A stretch of 64,000 nt of DNA, taken from assembly GCA_002633005.1 (NCBI GenBank), contig NMRA01000960.1, forward strand, positions 1 through 64,000. Direction: 5' to 3'. A program made the translations under genes and the position numbers. The notes under the pieces were generated by a model. The model was not told where the DNA came from, made no database searches, and saw only the letters and a list, made by a program, of their open reading frames with translations. Positions 13,001 through 25,810 of this stretch are shown in pieces (positions within the stretch are counted from its first letter, which is position 1; each line of letters begins with the position of its first letter). Origin of the DNA: Phoronis australis (lineage: Eukaryota; Animalia; Phoronida).

Positions 13001-16000
13001 ATTGTTCAATTTTGGGGCCGAATATTGGCTCCATTCACCTCCAAAAACATTTTGAAAGCACCCAAGATTCCCCTTACCAGGCTCAAAAATTACCCTTCGA
13101 TGATTTGAAAAAACAAGTTTAAAATCAATTCTAACTCTGACACACAATCCCTCTTTGGTGGCCATCTGGAGGAGGGGATTTTGGCCTCCCCTTAAAAAGC
13201 CTCTCTCGGAAGGCACACAGCCACCTCTCCCCTCAGATGCCTGAAGGCCCTGCACAGTTACTTTTCTAGTAAGAATATTCGTAACATAGCCCAACCAGAT
13301 GACCCAAAGTGACAAAGCAACAATTGTCACATAAACTATTGGAACACTTGGGATGGCACAATTATTCCACATGGAATTTGGGCAGAAAAATCATCCTTTT
13401 CCTAAACAAGCAAAAACATCCCTACTGGTTTCAGTACATAAATCTTGTCTCCAATGCTAGTCAGTTACTGAATTCAACTCCGACAATGCAAAGTCAGTTC
13501 TTCTGAAGCTCATAAATTCCATCTCACTTTGGTGAGGAAAACTTTAAGACCACATTTTCAGTGGCAAGTGGTCCGAACTCAAAAACGATGTTTTTGACAC
13601 TGAATAGTGTTTAACAACATTCCAACTGTAAGACATAGCGTAATTAAACAAAATACATGTGTGTACACGTCCACTTAAAACAACCACCCATCTATTACAG
13701 CACAACGCCCTTCTGTGGTTAGTATCCCTGTATGAAGACCAAACTCATAACAGGCACTAGCAGCATCATAGGATAACTTTACCTATGTCATGTACCAACA
13801 CATGTATTCAGCCACATTTTGGTCAGGCATCATTTTGGAAAAATGTGGCTGTGGGTCAACTGACGGACAGGGCCTCAAATTTATGGACCAGTTTTGGGAA
13901 ACCTATGGGTCACATAAACGTTTTCTGCCGATTTTTCTTGGGGGGCTTTTTTCACGGGACTACATGATTTTATCTTCTACCTAGTATGTAAGAACAGTTA
14001 CAGTGATTGGCCAAAATGGCTAACTGCTTATTAACTAACCACATTTTGATCTCTATATTCACAGCACACTATATTCAAAATGACTAACATAGTTGTTTTG
14101 GCCACTAAGACCTCGGTTTTGCTGAGCTGCTGTGATAGTTTTAGAATATGAATGCAACGCCCATTATTCAAGACTAAGTAAGGTGAGATTGCGTCACATT
14201 TTTGATACGCATGTTGGCACTGTGCACCAAAGAAAGATTTGTAGTGCCAACAACGCAGGGTCTCAGTCACCCTATGACAGCTTCAATGACAACCAGCTTG
14301 CAGTGGTTACATTACCTTCATCATAGGCTTAGCTTTCTTGTCAAACAATCCAGAAGGAAGCAGGTACTCAATGGCTTTCTGGAAGAAAATAGAAAGTGAG
14401 TGGAATATGAAGACATTAGTTGCTGCACAAACAATTTCTTAGCGGCAATGCAGCAATTTGATGAAAGGCAGGCAAGAGTTATGCCAATAAGGCTGGTATG
14501 GTCAATTTAAATCAACCTCTGACCTATTCACATTTGGCAAATGAATGTAAATTGACAACAAATGATGACAAAAGTATTCCAACAAAACGGCCCGGGATTC
14601 CCCGTCATGACCGGAGGGCAGAAGCTGAATTCACCATAAGAATAGTCTTCCTTAATGACTGAGAATCAAGAGGATTTGTAGGAAAGTTAGTAAGGTTGTT
14701 AAGCCATTCAATCTGTAATCAGAGTTCTGGCGCCTTGGTGGTTATTACCAGTTACTTTTGCGGCTAAGAGAATTAAGTGCCATAAGAGGGAAACATACTT
14801 TGTCTGATTACTTTTGCCTTGTAGTGTAAATGAGATTTTAGAAATGATGTTATTACATCACAACACCTTATTCAGTAAGGCTAACATTGGTGAGGGTACG
14901 CTGGTCTTGATTGAATAATTAATGGATTTCAAGCTGAGAAAGAGACGACAGAGGCTTACACTCACAAATAACTTGTTAATTAAAACTGAAGCCAACCCCA
15001 AAATTACAACAGAACACGCAGCTTTTACAATGGCGTTGCAAAGCCTCAGGTGATGGAAGATAAAATAATTAAACCTTGAATACAGGACACCTTCCATGTA
15101 TAAACAGAGTATAAAAAGATACGGACTTATTAAACAACAGGTCCAGATATCAATATATAACATCACAGTTAGATCATGAAATAGCAACCATGTGCAGTAT
15201 GTTAACCCCCTCCTTGACAGAGATTTTTTTTCACCACAAAATCCATTACTGCACTGTACATACGTCGATGCTTTCTTGATCAAATGTGCTTGGATCAACT
15301 CCCATAATGTTTGCCAGATGGCGCTTCCCTATTTCATACTCTGCTGTCTCCTGTTCAATCAACTCATCTGTAATGAACAGGACAGAATGACGTAGACTTA
15401 CACATAAATAACTTTACAACCTGCAGAAATCAAATGCTAAAAAAATGTACTTGACACCAGTACTTGTACTTGAAATGACACAATGCAATTTTGTGTAAAC
15501 CAAACCGAAACATAATCACTTGTTTGCATTCACAGAATAAAACCAGCAAAATCAGGGGAAGGAAAGGATTCCATGGACGAACTTCTAAATTCCAGCTACT
15601 GTATAATCCCTAAACCCCAGCCTCAGACTAGCAATTGCACAGCATATTGAAAATCCTCCATACCTGATGGCCAAACTCCATACCCAGCGACCAAACTTCA
15701 GTCCTGGACCTCCGAGTTCTTGTGAGAAATCTGGTTCACCACACAGGAGTATGGTCCCGGAACTTAGTTTGGTCATGGAGCATGGAGCATTTTTGACACA
15801 TTTGCGAAGTTTAGAGCAATGGACGTGTAACTTTTAGTATTTGCTAGTACATGATTGGAGTTCAAAAGATCGCAGATGGAATTTAGAGAAACAGTCATGG
15901 AATCATTTGCACCCCTGAAAAGAAAATTCTCAGAAAAAAAATCATAAGTCTAACTAGACTAAATTCTGTAAACAGGTTAAGTAGTAATCATCCATGAAAA

Positions 16001-18773
16001 ATGCAGTAAGTTTACCGTACACACGAAACAATATTGTGGGAATGGGAAGTAAAAATAATTATGTGACCACAAAAATTCTGATTTCTCAAATTCATGAAAT
16101 CTACTATATATATGACTCATAGAATTTTTTTCGTCTAGATAATAACACCCGATAATTTTCAAAGTTTCACATGTTTAAAGGATAAGGTCACGAAATCAAA
16201 AACAAACACTTTATCAGTCAAAATGTTCAACCTTGGTGTCACTAGTAGAGTGGCCCAACAGTAGAAACAAAAACAATGGGAACAGTGTGTTTAACATCAC
16301 CAGCAGTTTTCAGTGTGTTTAACATCACCAGCAGTTTTCAGTGTGTTTAACATCACCAGCAGTTTTCAGTGTGTTTAACATCACCAGCAGTTTTCAGTGT
16401 GTTTAACATCACCAGCAGTTTTCAGTGTGTTTAACATCACCAGCAGTTTTCAGTGTGTTTAACATCACCAGCAGTTTTCAGTGTGTTTANTTGTCATTGG
16501 TCATTCCAAGCCCTGAATTACACAGCATATTGAAAATCCTCCATACCTGATGGCCAAACTCCATACCCAGCGACCAAACTTCAGTCCTGGACCTCCGAGT
16601 TCTTGTGAGAAATCTGGTTCACCACACAGGAGTATGGTCCCGGAACTTAGATTGGTCATGGAGCATGGAGCATTTTTGACACAATTGCGAAGTTTAGAGC
16701 AATGGACGTGTAACTTTTAGTATTTGCTAGTACATGATTGGAGTTCAAAAGATCGCAGCTGGAATTTAGAGAAACAGTCATGGAATCATTTGCACCCCTG
16801 AAAAGAAAATTCTCAGAAAAAAAATCATAAGGCTAAATAGACTAAATTCTGTAAACAGGTTAAGTACTAATCATCCATGAAAAATGCAGTAAGTTTACCA
16901 TACACACGAAACAATATTGTGGGAATGGGAAATAAAAATAATTATGTGACCTCAAAAATTCTGATTTCTCAAATTCATGAAATCTACTACATATATGATT
17001 CATAGAATTTTTTTCGTCTAGATAATAACACCCGATAATTTTCAAAGTTTCACATGTTTAAAGGATAACTGTCGAGGTCACGAAATCAAAAACAAACACT
17101 TTATCAGTCAAAATGTTCAACCTTGGTGTCACTAGTAGAGTGGCCCATCAATAGAAACAAAAACAACGGGAAAAGTGTGTTTAACATCATCAGCAGTTTT
17201 CAGTGTGTATTGCCTGATGTACCTCAGTTTGTAATGTCACTCACTTAGTTGAATAAGTGATTAGATTGCACATTTTTGGGGGTCTAAGTATATCGTGTAA
17301 AGTATGCCACTTGGACTTTTCAATGAAAGTTTGCACACTTATCCATAGATGTCACTGTCATCAAAGTGTCAATCACTTCAGCATGTACTACCGTGTTGCT
17401 TCGCTCTGTCAATATAGGCCTGCATAGCCTTACTGATCCTCTTAGCTTTAGTGATGGGTGGGGCTGATGTCGGCTTGAGAATTTGGGGAGTGGCATCTTG
17501 TTCGTTTGACAAACAGTGTCTAGCAAAGGTCTGAAAATAACAGCAATCGCGATAAATTCATGATATGACAGTAAAATCTTACTAAACCAGCTGACACCTA
17601 TACGTCCGAAAAAATGTCATTTTATTATTTCAAAAAGGATAAGTGTCACAAAGTAAATGTTCTCTCAGTATTAACTTGTATAACATGCCTTCTATTCGAA
17701 AAATATTAAAAAATCTGTGGGCATTCACAACAATGTTTAGGGACTCATCTAGCTGGAGATAACTTTTGAGCCAATTTTCTAAAGGCCAAGGTCAGCTCAT
17801 TTTTTTTAGTACGGTGACAAATAATTTGCGAGACAATGGAAGTTTTGGCAGTATTTTTATATCCAATTTACTATTCACAATATTTCACAGGTAATTGTTA
17901 GTTAAGTATGCTCTATTTATCAATCAAAAGTGTAATAGTATTGTGATTTGTACTGGAACTACACTTGCCTTATATGGCACAATTAGTTAGAATGGTTTAT
18001 TATATAAGTCTTGCCAAACAGTTCTATGAAATGTGACTCATATGCATGTGGTCTTGTGTATTGCAAAAACATGTTGTCCGCAATAAAGTAGTGTTCAAGT
18101 AAAGACGTCTTCTTCACTCCTCTCTCCACAAGCCATTAAATGTTGTTGAACAGTAGTTAGTCAGTCCGCAATAAAGTAGTGTTCAAGTAAAGACGTCTTC
18201 TTTACTCCTTTCTCCACAAGCCATTACAAAAAGTAAATCTGTAGAGAATTCCGAAGAGTCTGTAGGTATATACTATATAGCGCCATCGCCTGTACACCTT
18301 CGCCACTTCGTCTTCGGACGTAGGGGCAGACCTTCTAATCTCTTTAAAACATCCCCTGAACTTTCAGCAGAGGCCCAACAACTCTTGTCTAAGGCTCTGC
18401 TCTGTGTCAGTTTTACTGCGTGTAACCTAGGCTTCTTATGACTGGTCTAAATGTAAGGGCTCTAAAAAGCTACGCTACGGCTAAGCAAATGGCAGGTCAA
18501 AAGCAATCATTTGAGACTATTTTTGAACGATTCTGATAAAATTCATATTTTGGTTTGCTCACCCTACCTACGACTACGACTGTACGACACGCGTCGACGT
18601 GACTGGCAGTGTGACTGTGTGGGCAAGAACAGGGACTCTTGCGGCCATGCGACAAAAAAATATTAAACCTTCTTCTAAAACCTTACCTGAAATGACTTAG
18701 CTTGATTGTTACACGATCTGCGCTCAAAATACTGAACCAAGTGCCACAGCCGCCTCACTCTGGAGGCAGACAT
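3997..18773 (-). CDS. MRPS9: Mitochondrial ribosomal protein S9 (uS9m), complete, 13 coding exons, 1209 nt = 402 aa + stop
   Basis: All introns are GT-AG and the phases are consistent. Conserved motifs: [34 protein letters not shown], GxGx[47 protein letters not shown]. The Arg-rich N-terminus fits a mitochondrial presequence. Confidence 0.95.
5121..5199 (-). CDS. MRPS9: MRPS9 exon 12
   Basis: (A)[25 protein letters not shown](W); flanked by tttcag and gtatgt. Confidence 0.94.
6237..6406 (-). CDS. MRPS9: MRPS9 exon 11
   Basis: [56 protein letters not shown]; flanked by ttttag and gtatca. Confidence 0.94.
7305..7456 (-). CDS. MRPS9: MRPS9 exon 10
   Basis: [50 protein letters not shown](R); flanked by ttttag and gtgtgt. 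Confidence 0.92.
8454..8579 (-). CDS. MRPS9: MRPS9 exon 9
   Basis: [42 protein letters not shown]; flanked by gttgcag and gtgaga. An alternative in-frame acceptor lies 9 nt inside. Confidence 0.88.
9177..9449 (-). mobile_element. tRNA-containing retro-insertion with terminal direct repeat and 14-bp TSD (MRPS9 intron 8)
   Basis: TTGGTTAAAACTAC at 9163-9176 and 9450-9463; internal direct repeat 9177-9214 vs 9421-9453; tRNA-like core at 9260-9332. Confidence 0.8.
9260..9332 (-). pseudogene. tRNA-like cloverleaf with Pol III A and B boxes, probably not a functional tRNA
   Basis: TGGCTCAGTGG A box, GCTC/GAGC D stem, TCTGC/GCAGA anticodon stem, CTGGG-TTCGAGT-CCCAG T arm. The anticodon loop ACAGTTA lacks U33 and the acceptor stem is mismatched. 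Confidence 0.75.
9980..10055 (-). CDS. MRPS9: MRPS9 exon 8
   Basis: [25 protein letters not shown]; flanked by ttgcag and gtaagg. Confidence 0.9.
10265..10353 (-). CDS. MRPS9: MRPS9 exon 7
   Basis: [29 protein letters not shown](W); flanked by cccaacag and gtacat. Confidence 0.85.
11301..11343 (+). ncRNA. Degenerate minimal hammerhead-ribozyme-like motif (U3-A8 variant), probable Penelope-type remnant
   Basis: TTGAAAA-G-GACAG tggag CTGTC-GAAAC-ct-GTT; helix I is poorly paired. Confidence 0.45.
11739..11818 (-). CDS. MRPS9: MRPS9 exon 6
   Basis: (A)[26 protein letters not shown]; flanked by ttttcag and gtgagt. Confidence 0.94.
12598..12628 (-). CDS. MRPS9: MRPS9 exon 5 (31 nt)
   Basis: [10 protein letters not shown]; flanked by ctattgcag and gtgagt; required for phase continuity. 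Confidence 0.9.
14316..14378 (-). CDS. MRPS9: MRPS9 exon 4
   Basis: [21 protein letters not shown]; flanked by ttcttccag and gtaatg. Confidence 0.93.
15264..15367 (-). CDS. MRPS9: MRPS9 exon 3
   Basis: (D)[34 protein letters not shown]; flanked by ag and gtatgt. Confidence 0.93.
15638..17208. repeat. About 0.67-kb direct duplication (15638-16310 vs 16521-17208) straddling the N at 16490
   Basis: Near-identical sequence with scattered SNPs and a small indel; it gives the twin ORF-track peptides at 15977-16162 and 16860-17045. Confidence 0.93.
16283..16489. repeat. 28-bp minisatellite (CAGTGTGTTTAACATCACCAGCAGTTTT), 7 copies plus a partial, truncated by the gap
   Basis: Identical head-to-tail units with no spacers, ending at N 16490. 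Confidence 0.97.
17392..17530 (-). CDS. MRPS9: MRPS9 exon 2
   Basis: Acceptor ttattttcag; TFARHCLS...[17 protein letters not shown]; donor gtagta. Confidence 0.88.
18076..18226. repeat. 63-bp direct repeat pair (18076-18138, 18164-18226) in MRPS9 intron 1
   Basis: gtccgcaataaagtagtgttcaag...ccacaagccatta occurs twice with 2 substitutions. Confidence 0.92.
18687..18773 (-). CDS. MRPS9: MRPS9 exon 1
   Basis: aagATG context; [29 protein letters not shown]; donor gtaagg; phase 0 matches exon 2. Confidence 0.8.
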
Positions 18774-19648
18774 CTTGATTGAGGGAGCATAACACCAATG
18801 CAAAGGTTTTAGAGAAAATTTGAAAAATGACCTGTCAGAAGATGACAATTTAATCTTTAAAAGACATTTTTATTCAATTAGAATATTTAAATTGAACCGA
18901 ATAATACAAAATAATCAAGATTTTTTAGCTTTGAAAATTGTCTTAACCAAAGGAAAATTAATTTCTCTTAACGCCGCTATTAGTCCAATAGGTGGCAGTT
19001 ACTGTTCACTCCAATGAGATAAATATTTATATATATATAGCTCATAGTACTGATGTTCAGTCTCTTGACCTGTCGCTACCGCAGGTTCACCGTCGGGACC
19101 AGCCCCGCATGAGCGGGCAATATGCCGGCAACATTGTTTTTTTTTTATAATTCAAAAATGTGATTGAACCTCCACTCCCTGCAGAGCATAGTGTTCGGCG
19201 TGGCAATCACTGGGGGCAAATATTTCCTCAAATTCTCCAGTCGGCCGAACTAAAGGCGCGCGTTTTTCGGTCGTCTGCCGTGGCCATGTCACTGAACCCT
19301 TAATTTGCCTGTAAAACAGAGTTACTTGGCTTTCCTCATTTTCGCTCACAGTTTCTGAAAATCCGGGAAGCGTCCCGTACCGCGGCTTGTCTACTATGTG
19401 GGGGCGTGGGCTTGACTCAATATGTGTTTCGCGGCCGGACTCGGCGAAATCAACTGGTGTTATCCTTTCATCTATTATCCCACCACTAAGTTTTTCGGCC
19501 TTCCTCAGTGATCCCCCGAATCTGATCCTCCTCACTGAGTTCTCCTCACACGCCTGCATGAACGTTCTGGTCTAGCTTCATTCAATTCAGAACGTTTTCC
19601 GGCGGAAAGCCGTGCCACCAGTCAAATGGCGTAAGATTCAGTGAGTGC

Positions 19649-20060
19649 TGGGCCCCGGTCTAATCTTTTTATTCGAAATGGAACTCGAAATTATATGTTT
19701 GGGGTTTGCTACTCCACTTCTGTGGGAACTCAAGATAAGTGTCTATTATTCTATGCTCGTATAATGGCTTGGCGTGAATAGTTTATTAGTCCTCGATCAG
19801 TAATTTGCAGTCGATAAACCCAACATTAAGGCTAAAAGTTTGAGTTTGAACTGAAGTTTCGAGTTTTACCTCGAGTTTGTTGCATGAGTATAAGGGTCAA
19901 ACTTGGACTAGGGACTCATAGGCATAAACTATAATGTATTCGAGCACTGTCTGATAACCACTCATGTATCTTATTGAGTTCGGCCAAAATTGGAGCTGAG
20001 AAATTGACAAAAACAATTTCGAGTTTGTTTCGAGTAGAAAGATTATTGAGACCGCCGGTA
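19649..20060. mobile_element. Degenerate Harbinger-like MITE; related left end at about 48783-48830
   Basis: Ends gggccccggtctaatc and attgagaccgccgg; internal cgagttt/aactcg repeats; ggggcctcggtctaatc...gaactcga recurs at 48.8 kb. Confidence 0.45.
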
Positions 20061-20171
20061 CTGGTTTGTCTGTAGCTCAGTAGCGATAGTTCAAATTTAC
20101 CGTGCTGTATTTTTGTTATCTCTTCGCTGATGCACGGCAGTTACCGGGCATTTTACGAAACATTAATTCTN

Positions 20172-20319
20172 TACGTTCAGTAGACGCTAGGACCTACGCT
20201 AGGACCTAGCTAAAACCTAGTCAAAGTCACGTGCTCTCTTTTAAAATGCACGGCAATATCTCACGTAATCTCGCGAAGTCTTGCTTTTTAGCGAGGTCCT
20301 AGCGTTACTGAACGGGAGG
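20172..20319 (-). mobile_element. Harbinger-like MITE, inverted copy of 31670-31880, truncated by the N at 20171
   Basis: Reverse complement of the 31.7-kb element, with 2 rather than 7 copies of the 12-bp internal unit; flanked by CAG on the right. Confidence 0.85.
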
Positions 20320-21659
20320 CAGGTTTCACTGAACCCACTTCTTGTAAACAACAGCTACATGGAGCGTTGAAATGCACCCACGACTGGAATGCAATTCCAG
20401 TAGTGTTCTTGATATCGTAAAAATGGCCATTAAACGGCACATAATAAATTATTGAACTTATACAAAACAAGGCGTCGTCTTCTCTCTAAGAACACTGTCC
20501 GGCAAAATTAAATGAAAATCCGCAAAGGAACTCTAACAACAGACACAGGCGTATAATCACCTTTTGGAAAAAAAAATTCCATATATTCGGAGGCACCGCA
20601 CTGGTCGCGATTGTTGTCGAGTTTAAAGTAGGGCTACGCACGCCAAATTGTGACCTTTTGCAAGGGGTTAAGTAGATATAAACACAGATGTCAACAAGAG
20701 CAACACGGAGCGTTGAAATGCGCCCATGATAGCACTGCAAAAGATGTGCTTCATTTTTAGAATTGTCCATTAGATGCTGCATATTGTGTCAAACTCATCC
20801 AAAATGAGAATTAGGTGGGCGTCATCTCTGCGAAACATAACCATTTGTGCCGTTGCCGTCTCTCATGGAATGATTGTATAAAAAAACTCTTGGGTGCAAA
20901 CAGTGCACACATGAGATACATGTATCGCGGGTTCCTCGGTGTGAGAGTGTGGGATTGTGGGAGTGTGGGAGGCTATAGTGTGTGCCAGAGAAAACCAGTT
21001 TGGGAGTAATAACAACCATCATTGTTGAGACAGTGCTAGCTGTTACCTTTCCGTTTCATTAGCTCAGATCTACATCAATACAAAGGGCGAGCTGAATAGG
21101 GATCATAAAAATTGTCTGGGGCTGAGGGAATCTGAGCGGTGACCAGTGTATATTTAAGCGATAAATTCTCTACATGTTCGGTGATGTGCTACGTCACTTA
21201 GATAGTTACGATGAGTTTGTTCTCACTCGTTGTACATAAAGAGTTACAATTTTACACACTGAAATGTTGAAGTGCTTCCATCATCGTGGCGCGTTTATTA
21301 CTCGTCGCAAGGCGAAGTCGACACGAGTGAGTTTTCCCATAGGACCTCTACGAAGCAAACAATTCCCTTTACAAGATTGTTGCAATTCTGACTGGCCATA
21401 AAGCAAATAACAAGGATATTACCAATGGCTAAGTCGGGCTTAGAACAAGTTCATCGGCGCATTTTAATTACATTTCAGCCACCGTTAACACAGACCATTT
21501 AAAAGATCAGTTGATCAACGTGAGTTCTGATTGCGGACACAATCAAACGGAACAGGTCACGTACTCTACTGAATGGGCACAATAAATCAATGAACGTGTT
21601 TGCTTAAACCAGAATTACAATCTAGTGAGTTGAATAAACTATTTTTTCGTTTTCCCAAC

Positions 21660-23295
21660 GCGTCGAAAACGATTGAAAAAAGAGGGCCCCGCGGACAAAT
21701 TTTGGAATCGTTTTGTGTGACAGGAAAACAGATTGATAGTCAAACGTTTACAGTGATTCAGAAGTTAGAACCAAACATATTCCAGGAAATTACACTTTAA
21801 AGCACATATTACTCATTTCTATACTTCGCAATGTACAAATTCTTGACGCCCACCACCAAGATGTTATTTTCTACGCCGGCGTTTCTTCGAACCTGCTTAG
21901 CTTTTCACTATCTATTTCCAAGGAGTTCCATCGAACCCGGTCACGGTGTAAAACAGATGTGCCGCAGTCGAAAACAGACTCCCGCACCTTCAAAACAGCA
22001 AACCAACGCGAAAAACAAACACGAACCTAAACTTTCAAATCGGGAACCCTGGGGATCGGACAGAACACCCGGGGACCGAAACACCACGTCTCTCACGCTT
22101 TCTGCCAAACATTGTTTGTCTCAAGAAAATGTGAGTACCTTAGTACCTTCAAAGTGCTTTGTGTTCACACGACACGTATCAGTTTCACATTTTGATGAAA
22201 AAATAAATCTTCCTACTTTAAATAGTTGTTATGATTTGTTGTTTTACCATATGAGAATTTTGGAAAACTTATGAACGATTGGCGTTAGTTGCTTAAGTTG
22301 TGGTGCAATGTTTTGCCTCAATTTGCGGCGCCGTGAAATATTGTGTCACCTATTGCCAGGCCAGTTTCCAGTTTTCCCCAATTCTTCAATCAACTGTTCT
22401 TTTTCCAAGAGGTTGCGTACATGCAAATTATCAGATCTGGTTTCATTTCTTTAGAAGTTTTTAGTATTTTCAGAAGAAATTTTACAGCAGTGATCAGCCA
22501 AAAAAGAGTGTGAATGCGTTGAATTAAGAAATTCCGATTCCAAATTCCGTTTTAATGATCGATGAGGAGTTGAAATACACTTTTTGAGGACAGGAACGGT
22601 GAACTTGGTAACGGTTCAGTCTTCTGAGTGAATAATTTTCTCGGTTCATTTCAAAATCCGGAAATTGATTGTGCCGGAAATGATGTACTTTCGACAAGTA
22701 ATTTAACGAACCATAAAATGCGGCTAATTGTAAAGACATTTAAAGGAATTTATCAACAATGGCACTCGAAAGTCAAAATAATGTTTTTATTTTTCATTTT
22801 TTGAAATATTATAGAAACTACTGAATAATCTGAAATTAACTAAATATTCACCGAGATAACAACGTGTTGAGAGTATAGATTATGTTGAAATTCGCCCACA
22901 GATAAGTTGCACGAGTTTTACCGATAAAAATCAAATAACAAAGTCAATATAATGTATAAGTTACGTTTAATTAGTGATAATTTTAACAAACAAATGCAGA
23001 AAACAAGTGGAAAGTAATTGAAGATGCGTAAACTCAAAGTTTGAGGTTACTGACTTCGTCTCAGCGGGAAATTGGAAAATTTGTCCGGGTTTCCTGTCCG
23101 GCCCCGAGGTTCCTGTTTTGAAGGTCGGGGTTCGTGTTTTTCGGCTGGTATGCTGTTTTGAAGGAGTCAGGGGTCTGTTTTCGATTCCGGGATATTTCGG
23201 TTTCCAATTTCGATGGAACACCCTGCATTCGCAAATCTTCCCAAAATTGGGTTTACCCATATGTGACCGAGAGATCGTGAATTTTGTCCGCGGGA
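21660..23295. mobile_element. Old foldback element with long diverged inverted arms (about 21925-22075 vs 23084-23220; 21687-21702 vs 23280-23293)
   Basis: gttccatcgaa...tcgaaaacagac...ccttcaaaacagca...cggacag is mirrored on the other strand; ccgcggacaaa mirrors tttgtccgcgg. Confidence 0.6.
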
Positions 23296-25601
23296 TGTAG
23301 AATTAACGATATTATGTTTGTTTTCGGAGGCCCTGCAATTTTCTCCAGCCAAACTGATATAAAACAAGCTTGAGGCGATTTTACACTTCAAATATCACTC
23401 CGATAGTGCATACGTGGAATATAGGAAGTGTGAACTTGCCTCATTTCAAACTCATACGCAGCACATCATGTTAGACACGTTAGTTGTGAGACCGGGATGT
23501 GCGCGCGCAGTCTGTTTTGGGGTGGGGAAGTAGTATAACGTGCTGATTTTTTACGAAAAGTATTTTTATCACACCAACAGAATAAACACAATAATAGATC
23601 TATCAAGTACAGTACTTTAGTCGCGGCTATTTATGCACTTTCTGCACACGATCTGTAAACATTGTGGGAAATTAGCTCTTTGTAGATATTGGCTATTGCC
23701 CCCTTTCTAAAGTTTAAAAGCTACCCGTTAGCGATTTATTTAGCGATTAGTGTGGAAAATCGTTTTAGTCTAGAGACGGATTAAATCTAATTCATGCACA
23801 TTCACCTTTATTCCATCGACCTAATGTCAAAACACGTCAACAGATATGCGAATTCAGCGACCAATTTTTAATAAAAAAACGTCATTTCTTGCCGGTCGTC
23901 TTGTTGACTTCACGTGCTATGACCTACACACAGCACCAGCTCCCCCAAGTGGTGCTCAGTGTGCATCATCACATCCTTGGGACTGACGTTTGAAACTGAA
24001 AACGTCGACCCTCACTGCTGAGGGTAGACATGGTTAGATTACTTAGATCACATTATGCTCGATTGATGTTTGTTTTGCATTTGACAATTTTGAAGTCGCT
24101 TATACTTCGATTTTTAGAAAATCGGCGTTTCATAACTTTCACACTATTCAGTTCAGTAGGAGTAAGCTCGCTTTCCGTCCCACAAACGAACTTTTGGTTT
24201 AAATAACTATACAGATGGTCTCAGCTTCTTCCTTGCTCAGGTGAGATGTGATTTATGAATTTACAAAGAATGGATAGTTCGTTATTTCTTGAGACCAAGC
24301 TTAGGGCATAAAATGACCCGCCGTGACAAGCCAACTTGGTCAAGTAATATCGAACTGGCAGATCTTTCAAAGCCTAGAAATCACCTCTAATTCGACAACG
24401 TAACAATTAAATTTTAGTCCTATTTCATAATGTTACGTGGTTTGAGACAAAATCGACATCTTTTTGCATAACCTCGACATTTAAATCTATCAGCCCTGCA
24501 CGTGGAAAAACTGAGCACTAACAACCTGAGTCGAATTCCCTCTCAACAGCAACTGGATAGCACCATGACGCCATGGTAGGTATGGCAAAAATCTACCTCG
24601 TTGTTATGTCGCAACAAGTCTCAGTGTTCTCTTGAGTGCTTCTGAAAGAGGAGTGCAAGAATCGAAGCACATTGGATGCGCGATCTTTCTAGAATTAGCA
24701 TTTCTACTTAGTGCAAAACTTCCGAACAATTGTTGAAATACTGTTGTCTGAGATAAAATCCGTGTAATACCTTGCACACGCTTAAATGTGCTTGGTAACC
24801 GAATATCCATAAAAATAATGTAACACAATTTTATGCAGTAAACTCCGTCAATGCGAGACTTTGTGGGCGGATATTGGTGCCACCTATTTTTGCCTCCCCG
24901 TGTATCCAAATGGTTACCATGCACCTACGGTTTCGGACGTCCCTATTTTCCGAAAACCGACGCCACATCATCGACGCTAATTTTCGACTATTTTTTGCAG
25001 TCGCGCCTGACCTAGTAAATAGACGCAGTTGTTTCCCACGCTCCATGATATGAGAATTCAGGTTACCTGTACGACGGCTCATGCACTCTTAAACAATAAA
25101 AGCAGGTTTGTAAAATCTGCTCACTTGCTCACAAACACAACCCGCACTCAAAAAACAGTCTGCTTTCTGACTCGCGTGAGGAAGAATGGCATAAATGGCT
25201 CAGCGAGGAGTCCGTTAGCCGTGTTTACAGGAGCTACAGCCGTGCTGTTTGGGTGTGTAAGCTGTGTTTTGTGAATGCTTTTTAGGTTCAAGCCTCTCAG
25301 CTAACAAATATAACACCAAATAAATTTTGCTCATTTTTCTAATGAACACATCCCTACTCACTCACACACTGGTTAGCACTACGTTCTGTGTTTAATTTAC
25401 GGCACTCGAGAGAAATTTGCTATTATTTCATGGAAAGACGTTTATTTGATTATTGAACCACTATAGATGTACGTGTATATTACTGGTATAGGTGAAAGAT
25501 GTATACCGTTTCTAATGATGTTTAGTCTTGATTTATGAAATTAACATATTTAAATGTACACGCCGAGTGTTGAATTGTGTAAATATGAACATTCTGCTGA
25601 A

Positions 25602-25810
25602 TAAAAATAAATAATTGCAGGCGGTCTGATACACGTTGTACCAGACGTGCACAGGCCACGCATGTGGGCCCTTGCACTGATCACCTGGAACCGAGGTGAG
25701 TAGCTAGAAACCTGATGGAAGGGTCAAGCAGTTTCACCCATTGGGACTCGAACCCACGACTTCCAGTAAAGAAAACGAGCACCTATCACACTGGGTCTCA
25801 CTGCCTCCTG
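25602..25810 (-). mobile_element. tRNA-derived SINE, full length, 13-bp TSD
   Basis: ACATTCTGCTGAA at 25589-25601 and 25811-25823; B box GGTTCGAGTCCC; (TTTA)-like tail; second copy at 59712-59953. Confidence 0.9.

Noticed and set aside
14858-15298. 146-aa minus-strand ORF
   Set aside because: Out-of-frame read-through from MRPS9 exon 3 into an AT-rich intron; no recognisable domain.
16283-16489. 28-bp repeat of CRISPR-like length
   Set aside because: Units abut directly with no spacers, there are no cas genes, and it lies in a eukaryotic intron.
19152-19559. 135-aa minus-strand ORF upstream of MRPS9
   Set aside because: No recognisable motif or splice context; explained by local GC richness.
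21831-22274. 147-aa plus-strand ORF
   Set aside because: Overlaps an arm of the foldback repeat and has no protein-family signature.
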